DNA of 41,979 nucleotides from Coniocarpon cinnabarinum (taxonomy: Eukaryota), in contig JAVECO010000004.1 in NCBI GenBank assembly GCA_051942205.1, forward strand, positions 248,001-289,979, written 5' to 3'. The notes beneath the pieces were generated by a model. The model was not told the DNA's origin, ran no database searches, and worked only from the letters and a program-made list of their open reading frames with translations. The first letter of the stretch is position 1. Each line of letters opens with the position of its first letter. Position numbers and translations under genes: made by a program. Positions 12,411 through 23,416 of the stretch are shown here, piece by piece.

Positions 12411-13730
12411 TCAATTTTCCCAATGGGCTCCAAGCGCCCCAAAGTTTGATGAAGATGGAATGCCATCGACTATCGTCAAGTCGTTCGTACTTCGAGAGAT
12501 TAAGATAGTCAGGAATGGTACCTGCGTAGAATGGAAAAAGCCGTTCTGCGGTCCTTGTGCACCCGGTTCCTTCAGGCACGCTGTCTCCAGACCCTGCTCT
12601 ACGCATCGTTAGTTCTGTGCCTGGTTCACGCTAAGAACATTGCAGGGGCTTGACAGACTCCGACAGCTTTCTAGGAAGAATCTCAGTGTTTGTTCATTTC
12701 GCTCAGTGGCACATACCCAGACCGCGGTCTTAGGGCTTTGAAAAACCAGCTGCTTTAGCGTATTGACGAGCGAAGGTATGGACGTGCTATCGTATGTCCG
12801 CATTAAGGTCAGCAAGATCACTCAAAGACTCTACAACCCCGTCAACTCACAACATCTGCGGCGAGCACGACGTCAAATTGCGACAAGCCACCAGACCCGG
12901 CAAGCTCACTTGTGTCTTCGCCCCAAACATAGCTCTGGCAGCTGACGTTCTACAATCTTAATCAGTAAATGATCTTACTATGCAGCAAAGTCACTGCTGA
13001 ATGTAATGGAAACCGCATCTGGCCTGGAGAAAAGAGGCTCAAACCAAACAGATGTACAAAATCTTACACTTTCATTTCTTTGCACTGTTCGCCTTATTCG
13101 CTCTACGGTCTGCCCGTCACCGTCGGTGGCAGTGATGCTCAGAGCTCCCTTTTGAGCCGCTAGAAGGGAAAGCAAAGCAGTTCCAGCCCCAAGCTCTAGC
13201 ACGCGTTTGCCGTTCACCAAAGCACCGTCTTCCAGCCATCCAGCCAAGTGCAGAGCCGCCTCCCAAGTACGGTGACCCGTGGACCCTGCGGCTGAAAGCA
13301 CATTTGGCTTTTCGAGTACGTAGAAACCTCGCTCAGGCTTCGATGGATCGAGCTTATGCCATGGTGGAGTATACTGGATCCATACGTACTCGTCATCGCG
13401 GGCCTTTGCCTGACTGACTTCCATGTCAAGCTTCACGTAGAGTTCAGCAAATTCATCGACAACGTCTGGCTCTGGTGTTCCTTCTACAGCTGATTCGATT
13501 CTGGTCTGCAACTCTTTCAGGAAAGCTCGATCGTATTGTGGGAATGGTTGTGTTGCCTGTGCTTCTGATACGAAGGCCCAGATCCATTGCTGCACCGTGA
13601 ATATGCTGAGGACCCCGGATGTAGGCCACAAAACATCTTTGACACTGTGCCTCTGCAAGTACTGTCTACGAAGCAACGCCAAATCTCGGATGCCTGGCTG
13701 TGACAGTAGTAGAGACTTGAGATCTAGCAT
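12411..13730 (-). CDS. EFM3: Protein-lysine N-methyltransferase, EFM3/FAM86 (EEF2KMT)-like; 4 exons (13730-13068, 12949-12851, 12797-12659, 12598-12411)
   Basis: FAM86-like N-terminus (LRRQYLQ...YDRAFLKEL), GSTGHRTWEAALHL, motif I VLELGAGT, ATDGD, VLAADV/TYD, ATERNEQT; intron 2 has an atypical acceptor (see findings). Confidence 0.82.
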
Positions 13731-14072
13731 GTTTTCATCATTTCTCAACCCGAGCGTCTTCTGTTGCAAATATTCATTTTTTACGTCTTAGAAAAGCCGC
13801 ATCTATTGTATCAGTATCAGCAGCTGTCCGACTTTACAATTATACTCATCTAGTAGTCACTGTCTGGGCAGTGCTGCGTTTCGTTTCCAAAAGTAAAGTC
13901 ACGTGCGCAGCTTCGCCAAGCTTTTACACGCCAAGACCACACACTGTGTATCAAAACCAGACATTAGATTAAGTAAGCGTAAGTTGAGAACCGCACTGCC
14001 ATCGCCCACGCATTCCACCATCCATCTTTGCATACAGTCCACCAGCTCACAGGGCAGCTGCAAGCCGCAAAG

Positions 14073-14682
14073 ATGTCCGAAGTCACGCTCCGCACCCGGA
14101 AATTCATCCGGAATCCGCTGCTTGCGCGCAAGCAGATGGTTGTGTATGTGCAATCATCCCACCGTGACACCTTTTGCCAGTACAAGTTGCACAGGCAGCG
14201 AGAGCGCCAGCATCCAGTGATCTATGCTTACTTCTTCCTGAAGCGACGTACTCCACCCTCAACGCCCCAACGTTTCCAAAGACGAGCTCCGCGACCAGCT
14301 CTCCAAACTCTACAAATGCGACAAGGACCAAGTGTCATGCTTTGGTTTCCGAACACAATACGGTGGTGGCAAGTCGACAGGTTTTGCGTTGATCTACGAC
14401 AACCCAGAGCGAATGAAGCACTTTGAGCCGCTATACCGACTTGTAAGATGGGGCATGGCGACGAAGCCAGAGAGGGCATCGAGACAACAGCGTATGTCCA
14501 CTCACATTCAGATACAGGTCATGACGGTGGATCAAGTGGACATGCGTTTTGGACGAGTAACGATAAAATTACAAAGAAACACCTGCTGACGAACATGAAC
14601 AGGCAAGCAACGTAAAAACCGCGCCAAGACGCTCAGAGGAACGGCCAAAGCCAAGGGTGCAACGAAGGATAAGAAGAAATGA
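14073..14682 (+). CDS. RPS24: 40S ribosomal protein S24 (eS24); exons 14073-14143, 14244-14491, 14603-14682
   Basis: [29 protein letters not shown]...[20 protein letters not shown]...[20 protein letters not shown]; two GTATGT...AG introns. Confidence 0.97.
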
Positions 14683-14967
14683 GCAGGCTAGGGATTTTGT
14701 CGTTGTTGAGAGGTGGCGTGGTGATACTGCTGTGTCGTGGAGCGCTTGCACGATAGATTGAGATCAAGCACATCTCAGAACAAATGAATGATGCGTGATA
14801 TTGTGGACATGCCTCTTAGTGCCCACTCCAATACGTTAGCGAGCCGTTTGAATGCCACTATCAAACAGCAAAGAGGACCTTCCGCGACCTGAAATTAGAG
14901 TCTGTTCGTATGGGTATCAAAGACTATAGTACAAGTGCGAAACACGGTCTGTCTTTAGGTCACATGT

Positions 14968-16716
14968 TCATGCAGCTGGTGCCGCTTCCTCTTCATTCTT
15001 GATGTTGGCATCTTCTACAACTGCCTTGGGTTCCACAGGAGCCACCACAGGAGCCACACCGGTAAAAAAACTGTCCGGCACGTTTTTGGCAGTGTTCTTA
15101 GTCCCAATCCAGGCGTCGAGAATGCCGCTCCATCTTGCCTTGTTGTTTTTATTCACCTCACTTACATCGCTTGACAAGCCGGGTAATCTCCTCAAGCGCT
15201 TTAATTCTGCCATTCCCCGATATGGCATGCCCGTCAACGGATCTCGGTATCGCGCGCGCTGTGCAGTGACTGCGCAGAGCTCTGGGATCGGCTGCTTGAG
15301 TGCATTGCCTTCATCGTAAGTTTTGAGACCGAAGACAACGCGGCGCTGAGCTTCCGTAGATCTTGTAAGTACCGGGTCAAAGTTCTCGAAAGAGAGCATA
15401 CTTCGGAGCGCCGTGATAGGTGGCGGAGGCGGTGATGGTGGTAACTGAGGGATCATAGAGGCTGTAGGGACAGCGGGGGCTGTAGATTGTTGCATTGAAC
15501 CAGTCAGAAACTGCTGAAGTGGTGTCTGCGGTGGAAGGAGGTTGAATGGTGACTGTCCGCTCACTGGAGGCAGAAGAGGCAAAGACGAATGCTGAACTTG
15601 CTGCGAAGGCGGCTTCGGTTCAGACAGCGGCTGCTCTGTCTGCGCGGCGAATTGTTCTATACCATCCAAGAAGGTAGTAGTAATCTTCGAGGGTATTTGT
15701 TGCGTATGTGCTGCACTTGATGCATAGGGCGTGGCCGGCCTTGATGGCTCACTCGAAGGTGCTAATGCTTCTTGTTGCCCTATTTCAACTTGCTTTGGCG
15801 TCTCGTCCTTCACAGGCTCCTCGATTTCTTGAATAGGCTTTGGACGCCCAACCCGCACGAGCTTGTCTCCCACCCACGTTGCTGGTCCACTCCACCATCG
15901 AATCATGGGTCCGTCAATCTTCCTACTTTGCAGAGCTTCGATCTTCTGCTTTTGTCGCTTCAGACGCTCCTCTTCAAGTTCTTGCCATCGATTCAGACTT
16001 TTAGCATTTTGACGCTCCACCTCAGCTGCTTCACGCAATCGGTCTTCCTGACTCATGGGTCCCTTACTTTCAGCCTGTCTCTTTTCACGGGCTGCTTCAA
16101 GGCTGGCCAGCTGTTTGGTTCGCTTGGCTTCATTCTCTTTCAGATTTTCTCTCGTACGCTCCTTGTTCTGCACCGACAAAGTGCGCGAAGATTCACGCAG
16201 GTTTTTATTGCCCTCGTCCAGTGTCCACGAAGACCGCTCGGTCCTTTTCTTCTTGCTACGCTCGGGCGTCTTCTTCTCTTCCACTGGCCTTGGCTGTCCA
16301 TGTTCATCAATGCGGACTCTTTTCGCCGGTGCTCGCGGCTTGATGAATTTGTTGTCGGCCTTCCGCTTCAGCGACTTTTGCTTATCGCGCTCCTCTTTTT
16401 GCAGCTGCTTTTCACCGGCAAGCTCGTCCTGCGCGTGATCTTCGTCCTCAGAGGAGCTGGAACTGTCCCCTCCTTCGTCATCCTCACCTTCATCTTTGTC
16501 TTCAAACTCTTCATCCGGCTCTTCTTCGTCCTCCATGAAAACCGCATTGAGTTGAGCCTCCTCTTCGTCGGCGTGCTCGTCTTGGGTCTCTTCCGTGCTC
16601 AGCATCGCTTGCATGCGATTGCCTGCATTTGAGCGTCTCGATCGCCCCGCCGCAAGCCATTCTGTTGGCTCGGCGTCAGAAGCGTCTGAGCGTTCTTCTG
16701 GTTCCTCGCTGGACAT
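14968..16716 (-). CDS. VPS72: Vps72/YL1 (Swc2) subunit of the SWR1 H2A.Z-deposition complex
   Basis: N-terminal GRSRRSNAGNRM, acidic tract, MSQEDRLREAAEVERQNAKSLNRW, YL1 C-terminal CAVTAQRARYRDPLTGMPY; single 582-aa ORF. Confidence 0.92.
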   Translation of the reverse strand: MSSEEPEERSDASDAEPTEWLAAGRSRRSNAGNRMQAMLSTEETQDEHADEEEAQLNAVFMEDEEEPDEEFEDKDEGEDDEGGDSSSSSEDEDHAQDELAGEKQLQKEERDKQKSLKRKADNKFIKPRAPAKRVRIDEHGQPRPVEEKKTPERSKKKRTERSSWTLDEGNKNLRESSRTLSVQNKERTRENLKENEAKRTKQLASLEAAREKRQAESKGPMSQEDRLREAAEVERQNAKSLNRWQELEEERLKRQKQKIEALQSRKIDGPMIRWWSGPATWVGDKLVRVGRPKPIQEIEEPVKDETPKQVEIGQQEALAPSSEPSRPATPYASSAAHTQQIPSKITTTFLDGIEQFAAQTEQPLSEPKPPSQQVQHSSLPLLPPVSGQSPFNLLPPQTPLQQFLTGSMQQSTAPAVPTASMIPQLPPSPPPPPITALRSMLSFENFDPVLTRSTEAQRRVVFGLKTYDEGNALKQPIPELCAVTAQRARYRDPLTGMPYRGMAELKRLRRLPGLSSDVSEVNKNNKARWSGILDAWIGTKNTAKNVPDSFFTGVAPVVAPVEPKAVVEDANIKNEEEAAPAA

Positions 16717-16800
16717 TGTGTAGGGCTTGTGTGCGCCAACGCACGAGTGAAAGATTGTACCTCTAAAAGACCCAATTCCTAGCGTGCGCTAGCCGTATTC

Positions 16801-16860
16801 GGATTCCTAAGTGCAGCGCGAAAGTGACGCGAGGAATCCCTCGGAGTAATTTCGACCGAG
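16801..16860. promoter_or_regulatory. Motif cluster in the 276-bp divergent VPS72/RAD7 promoter
   Basis: SCB-like CGCGAAA (16817-16823) and MCB-like GACGCGA inside the inverted repeat GGATTCCT/AGGAATCC (16801-16808/16832-16839); CGG-N11-CCG at 16842-16858. Confidence 0.3.
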
Positions 16861-16992
16861 CATATTGTCTTCGCGCTAAACGATCTATCGTCCGAGGGTC
16901 GTGCTGCCTAATTCGCCTCTTACAACCCAGTGACAAGTCACAGCACAATCTCAACCGCTCTGCGCAACGTTGCAACACCCCACACTGTAACA

Positions 16993-18873
16993 ATGTCGGG
17001 TCGACGCGGACAACGTCAAATTCGTGGCCCTCAGTCTGCATTGACAGACTTTCTGGCAGCGAACAACATCTCTGCACAACAAATCCGTGACACTTTTGCT
17101 CAACGCCAGGCCGCCGCCGAAGAGCAGAACGAGGGAGAAGAGGAGCAGCCTCAGGAGATTGATGAGGAGGATGAATTAGAAGCTGCTCAAGCAGAGAGCA
17201 GCACTGCTGCAAATTCTCGCAAACGCAAACGTTCAGGAGATGTCAACGCCAAGGAGAAGCTGAAAGCGAAGAAGAAGGCTAAGAAAGGTAAAAAGGGTGA
17301 CGATTCGGACGATGACTACTCAGACCTGGACATCTATGCCAAGAGTAAACCAAAGCCTGGTCAATTGGAGAATTGTGACATCTGCAATAAGCGCTTCACC
17401 GTGACTCCTTACACCAAGGAAGGCCCGGACGGGGGGCTGTTGTGTACTCCATGTGGCAAGCAAATTACCAAGGAGGCTAAGAAAGAGGAGAACAAGGGCA
17501 AGAAAGCTGCCACCGGCAGGAAGCGTCGTCAAGCTGAGAGCAATCGCTTGGACGGGATTGTGAGGCTCGGCAGCAAGTCGCTTCAGGATCTTTGCATCGA
17601 GAAGGTCGCCAAACATCATACAGACGTTGAAGAGCTAGGCGATCTTCCGGATGAACTTATTGATCGCCTCGGACAAATCTTCGCCAAGAAGCGCGTGCTA
17701 GACTCTCGCACGCTACAACTCTTCATTCGATTCGACTTGAAGACCGTCTCTATTCACGACGCAGCCAAGCTTGAGCCGGATGACTTCAAGCAGATTTTCG
17801 CTGTCACGCCCAGTCTGGAAAAGCTTGTTCTTCGCAACGCTGGCCAGTTCAAAGACAGTGTCATGGAGTATATGCTTGAAAAGGCTCCTAAGATCAAGCA
17901 TTTCCAGCTCTATGGTGCCAATCTACTTAATGATGATGCTTGGGATACTTTCTTCAAGACTGCTGGTCCTAAGCTCGAATCCGTTAAGATCGAGTGGTGT
18001 GACGCATCTTTCACGGACGGCGTGATCTCGACACTGGTTGCCAATTGCCCGAACCTCAAGCGCTTGAAACTGAAATACTGTCGCAAGCTTACATCCGAGA
18101 GCATCTCCCATCTCATTGGTCTGAAACGCTTGGAACATCTAAGTCTACGACTGAGCGCCAGTCCCGAAACTGATGACATGATTCCCCTCATTGAACGTCT
18201 CGGGCCCAAGCTAGTAACTCTTTCTTTGGAAAATTGCGGTAGCCTTGATGACTTGTTCCTTGATGTGGTTCGCAAACGATGTTGCAAGTTATCCAAGCTT
18301 CGTCTTGAAGGCTTCGTCTCTGTCACGGATGCAGCACTGGTCAAACTGTTCACAACCCGGGAGAACGACACTGATAAAAATGGCTCTGTGGTTCCTCCGC
18401 TTACTTTCCTCGATCTGGCAGGGACACGCGACATGGAGGACATCAGCTTTGAAGAGGAGGACACGGAGCCGTATGGCCTCGCTGACAATTCGTTCCGAGC
18501 GCTGATGTCCCACTCAGGGCCTTCCCTGAAGCATTTGAACATCTCGTCCAGCCGCGCCATTTCTCATGGCGCATTCTGTGATGTCTTTGCACCACAGCAG
18601 AATTACAAGAAGTACGCAGAGCTCAAAATGATCAATGTCACTTTTTGTTCTGCTGTTGAGACCAATGTGATCAAAGGCATTTGGGCTTGCTGTCCGAGCA
18701 TCGAACGTGTCGTGGCCTTTGGTTGCTTCAAGGTCGGTGATGTGGGCGTGCCAGGGGGCGTGGCTTTGATTGGTGTACCGAGGGCACAGGACGACATTGA
18801 GAAGATTGGCGAAGGCGTGGGTATGGATGCTTTCGCTAGTGGATCTGGTGGTGTAGTCGCGGCTTCAGCATAG
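16993..18873 (+). CDS. RAD7: Nucleotide excision repair protein Rad7/Rhp7 (LRR protein)
   Basis: IRGPQSALTDFLAANNISA start, PGQLENCDICNKRFTVTPY...GGLLCTPCG zinc motif, BC-box-like SLQDLCIEKVA, RNI-like leucine-rich repeats, VVAFGCF end. Confidence 0.93.
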   Translation: MSGRRGQRQIRGPQSALTDFLAANNISAQQIRDTFAQRQAAAEEQNEGEEEQPQEIDEEDELEAAQAESSTAANSRKRKRSGDVNAKEKLKAKKKAKKGKKGDDSDDDYSDLDIYAKSKPKPGQLENCDICNKRFTVTPYTKEGPDGGLLCTPCGKQITKEAKKEENKGKKAATGRKRRQAESNRLDGIVRLGSKSLQDLCIEKVAKHHTDVEELGDLPDELIDRLGQIFAKKRVLDSRTLQLFIRFDLKTVSIHDAAKLEPDDFKQIFAVTPSLEKLVLRNAGQFKDSVMEYMLEKAPKIKHFQLYGANLLNDDAWDTFFKTAGPKLESVKIEWCDASFTDGVISTLVANCPNLKRLKLKYCRKLTSESISHLIGLKRLEHLSLRLSASPETDDMIPLIERLGPKLVTLSLENCGSLDDLFLDVVRKRCCKLSKLRLEGFVSVTDAALVKLFTTRENDTDKNGSVVPPLTFLDLAGTRDMEDISFEEEDTEPYGLADNSFRALMSHSGPSLKHLNISSSRAISHGAFCDVFAPQQNYKKYAELKMINVTFCSAVETNVIKGIWACCPSIERVVAFGCFKVGDVGVPGGVALIGVPRAQDDIEKIGEGVGMDAFASGSGGVVAASA

Positions 18874-20551
18874 ACGGGTAGTCGATCATGTACCATGATC
18901 TGAGTTGCATCAGATAGCTGTTTAACATAGTGGTGGCCATTTCGCCACTATCAGAGAGATTCACAATTATTCCTTCGCGCTCAATACTCTAGACCTTCCT
19001 CAGAATATATTGCTCCTCAAGTCTCGCCTTTCTATTCGTTGACTTGAATCATCGATTATCGAATCACTACAAAACGCATTATGCATTTAGTGTGTGTTGA
19101 TAGACGAGACTTGACGCTTGCGTCAAACCTTTTACTATAAAGCCTTGTCTAACGAACATATATATTATTCTGCAAACCCCTGCAATAACAGACGCCTAGC
19201 CTCAGCAGCTAATGCAGCGACTAGAGACAACCCACATTCGATAGTACGTAGTACTCGCCAAAAGACCCGAAAAGCATGATACTGGCAATCCCCACCCACC
19301 GACCCCTCAGCATCGCCAAACTCGACTCGACTCGACGCGGCTTCACTCGCGCCTCTGTGCCCTTCAGCCCCTGGCACGGTCGCTAAGCATCAATGTTGAC
19401 CGCCGGATTATTGAACGTATAGGCCGCCGGCGAAGGCTGCCAATCCCCACGACACCCGTTCGAGGATCTCATCACAGGGAGAACATCTGCTTATGGCTAT
19501 TCTGTTGCCGTTGCTGCGGCATTCAAATTCCGGACGTCTTGATGCGATTTGCTCGGCGTTGAACACTTCACGACAAATTATCTGCGGCAGGCATCGGTGA
19601 ATTGCGTTTGATGAAATGCGTGACTAAAATTAATAGGACGGTTTTCTGTATCGGTTTCTGCGGAGGGCGAGATCAGGGAGTGTTTTTGCGTCTTTCTGAC
19701 CTGTAAATAGGTAGAGCCACGGTACTATTTCCAGGCTCTTTTCGAGGAGTATGATATTTCTACACATTATTCTATTCAGAATACAGCTATAACACGCACT
19801 CCACCCGCAGTGCAGTGGGATGTCATGTAATAGATACAGAAATCTACGATGAAGAAAAAGTGTCTTGTAATGTCTCGCGTGTATCAGTATTTTTTACGCC
19901 AAAAAGACGTGAGATCTCTATCGTCACGCAAAATTATTGTCAGACGCGTTATCAAAACAGAGTGTACACCTTCGCATGGCAGCTGACACATGACGCGACT
20001 AGCCAAAGTGATGAAAGCAAAACAGGGGAGATGAAGTCGACGTACACGCACGTGACACAAGATCTGCTTGGGAACAATCCAGCTATATGCACCTGCCCTG
20101 ATAGGTAATATCACCCATTGGATCTAGCGCGTCGCGCAGTGTGACGATGGCTGACGAATCTGATAGCCACATTTCGACGCAGGCTGCTCGTCCATGGAAT
20201 GAATGTCATCCTTTGTCTGCATACAATCAACAATCCACCATATGCGGCGATACGCACATCTGCCTTGAGGATCATAGACGTCAGTCAATCATCGCCGAGC
20301 TTCTCGGTTCAAGCAATGCCATCTGCCCCTCCTCGCTTACCATACCCCGCAGATGCTGTCGGTTGACTGTGCAATGGCTCACGGACGTTGGCGCCCCACC
20401 GATGCAACTATGGCGTCGTCCATAAGCTGCCCATTTGACGCTCATCCTCTCCTTGATTTTGTCTCGATATCTGTACAGTAGCAGCTTGTTGGGAGTAGAA
20501 GAGTTCTGATCCATTAATCGACCAATTGACCGCGTAACCACAACACTCACA

Positions 20552-21688
20552 ATGGCATCCGTCGCAGTCCCAGAGTCTCACAAGGCCGTGGTCTATGACA
20601 AGCCTGGCGAGCTGTCTGTCAAGCAGGACAACATTAAGACTCCAGAGCCAGGTCCAGGAGAGGTCCTGATTCGCCTCACCCACTCTGGTGTCTGCCATTC
20701 TGACATGAGTGTTATGCTAAATGCTTGGAGCTTTCTGCCGGCACCCACGGCTCAAGGCCAAGTCGGTGGACACGAGGGTGTTGGCGAAGTCGTGAAGCTC
20801 GGCACCGGCGCTGACGCCAACTGCAAAATTGGTGATCGTGTAGGTATCAAGTGGCTGGCAAGTGCGTGTGGCGGATGCAGTAAGTTTTGTTTCTAGTCCT
20901 TTCATGGCAAAGTCGGCTGACCGAGACCCGGAGATGCGTGTCTTGCCGGCTACGACGCCAGCTGCGCCAACATGAAGATTAGCGGCTACTACACGCCGGG
21001 CACATTCCAGCAATATGCCATTGGTCCCGCTGCATATGTCATGCCAATACCCAAAGGCCTCGAGTCGGCTGCGGCTGCACCAATGCTGTGCGGTGGTGTG
21101 ACTACCTATTCTGCAATACGCAAGTGTGGTGCAAGGCCCGGGCAGCGCATTGCGGTCCTTGGCGCTGGCGGTGGTCTGGGCCACATCGCGACGCAGCTTG
21201 CAGGCCGAGGATTTGGTCTTCGCGTCATTGGGGTCGATCACAGCAGCAAGAAAGATCTTGTGCTCTCATCCGGCGCGGAAGACTTTGTCGCGATCGACCA
21301 GGTCTCAGATGGCCCGGCAGAAGTGCAGAAGATCACGAATGGTCTCGGTGTGAAAGCAGTCTTAGTGTTGACGGCCAGTCAGAAGGCGTATGATACTGCG
21401 ATTGGAATGCTCAGTGTGGGAGGGACTTTGATGGCCGTGGGCGTGCCGGATAGGACTGTGGCACCCATTGCTCAAGCTGCTCCGCAGACCTTGGTCGCAA
21501 AGGAACTGAGCATCAAGGGTATTGCAGTAGGTGACCGACAGGATGCGATTGAGTGCCTAGACATGGCCGCTAGAGGAGTGGTTAAGATGCATTACACAAC
21601 GGAAAAGATGGAGAATCTCAAGAGCGTATTTGAAAAGATGGACAAAGGCGAGCTGCTGGGACGGGTAGTGTTGGACCTTCAGGATTAG
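20552..21688 (+). CDS. Zinc-dependent alcohol dehydrogenase (MDR family); exons 20552-20879 and 20934-21688
   Basis: SGVCHSD, GGHEGVG, GDRVGIKW, structural Zn CGGC-N-ACLAGYDASC restored across the intron, GAGGGLG Rossmann motif, GRVVLD end. Confidence 0.93.
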
Positions 21689-21985
21689 GCGAGGACCTTG
21701 ATGGTCAGGTACAGACCACGTGCGAGTGACGTCGAGTATAGTTTGTATGTTGGACAGAAGGGTACTGGTACCAGACTCAGAAGCTGAGAATGTCGCAAAG
21801 CAAATGTTTCCACCATTTCGAGGGTATCTCCAAAAAAAACAACGTATAGGTTCAAAGTCGCAATAGTGTACAGAGTGGCGTTTATCGTCGCGTCCGATGG
21901 TTCTGATTGAAGTTTGTGCTTGGCCCCCCCATATCTTGCACCCGCCTGGAGAGCCGTGACTTGAACGGTGAACACAGAGCAGGCT

Positions 21986-22502
21986 TTAACGCGAGGAATC
22001 CACAGCAGCTTCATCGCCAGCCTCTGATCCCATTGCGTTCGCCGCCTGTGCCCGGTCATCAACGCTCTGCGTGCTCGGTCTCCCAAGCAGCTCAAAACCC
22101 CCTATAAGCCCATTAGCAACCCTCCTTTTAGTTCACAACTCGTCATCATCCGCAACACATACGCTGCACCAGCTCCAGTCTCGTCCTTCGCTCTCCTTGT
22201 CCAGTCTCAAATGCGCTCATCTTTCCATCAGCCTCAATCCACATATGTTGCCCCTTTTGTAGGCCGGTGAAAAGGCCCTTCACATTCTCGCTCTGCGGAA
22301 AGGATGAGACGCGGAACCAGGATGTCTCGGGGCTGTCACGCGTCCCTGTATTGACGCCGAGCGCGTAGCGGATGAGATCGCGGCCGGTAGAAGTGGGCAC
22401 GACTTCAGGAGTCGCGGCGAGGCGGCCGATGAGGGTCATGCGTGCGAGGGTGCGGCGTTGAGTGTGCGGAAGAAGACGAGCTAGTGGGCGAAAGTGGCTC
22501 AT
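21986..22502 (-). CDS. RIM1: Mitochondrial single-stranded DNA-binding protein; exons 22502-22163 and 22101-21986
   Basis: Arg-rich presequence MSHFRPLARLL..., ARMTLIGRLAATPE, TSWFRVSSF, KGQHMWIEAD OB-fold; GTATGT...GCTAAT...TAG intron. Confidence 0.88.
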
Positions 22503-23416
22503 GGTCACAGCAAGAAACGGAATAGAGACGTGAGTATCTGGTGCGCGTGGATGGAACGGCGAAGTTGCGAAGGATCTATAGTATTTGAGTATTGTCCAGA
22601 TCCTCGAAACCACGCGAGCTTCTGATGCCTAAGTCGTGGCGGTCGATTGGGAGGCGCGTGCACGGACATCAACTCCGCGTCGAGCTAATCTCGACTGGCT
22701 CTAGCGCGACATATCCCCTCGTGTCCGTCAAAATCTAGTATTTCTCACACGAAGACAAGAGGAACTAGGATCTGACATCCTAAGCTAACAGCATTTATCA
22801 AGAGCTAGTATGCCTCGCCAGCTTTATTTCATGTTTATGTACTTCATTGTACTGGAAGAAAAAGGAGGATTTTGAGGCCGAGGGTCCGGCCATCCCGCAC
22901 TTGCAGCGATCGGCGCAGACCACACGGCCACATGAAACCCCGTAAAATCCTTATTGACTGTGGCTTTACAAAAGAGGCGTAGACGCTCATTCCACAGCGT
23001 GTTGTTTCCTTGCTCATTATTAGACTGTATGCTTTTCTAGAGAAGCGTATACGGTCCGAAGATCAATTAAGGTCGCGAACGACAGCTGCAGGCCAGACCC
23101 TGGGATTCTGTTTTAGTATAATGACCAGGGCTGCTGTAGGCAGCGGCTAAGTAGTCTGTCGCCGCCCAATGGCCAATCGTTAATGTTGGTGCTTACACTA
23201 CTGCAAAAGGACAATATTCCAGGCTCCATGGCTCTTCTTTGCCGAAGCCGCGTAGTCATGCATGGTGCCTGATCAAGCCGTGCTGTGCGGCTCTAGGAAT
23301 CGCCCTCGTATTTTCTCCAAGTTGACGGATCGTGTTTCTGCAAACTTGGACTTCGGACAGAACTGATGTTGACGTTGGGATGACCTGATCACGGCTGTTT
23401 GCGCAACTTTCAGTCA

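Noticed and set aside
14144..14602. Possible intronic snoRNAs in RPS24
   Set aside because: No RTGATGA C box; the CTGA seen is the branch point
15772..16632. 286-aa hydrophobic + strand ORF
   Set aside because: Antisense shadow of the charged, purine-rich VPS72 coding strand
19320..19337. (CTCGA)n short repeat, also near 36090
   Set aside because: Only about three units; ordinary microsatellite, not CRISPR-like
19430..19475. GTTCGA resembling a tRNA T-loop
   Set aside because: No cloverleaf stems or A box around it
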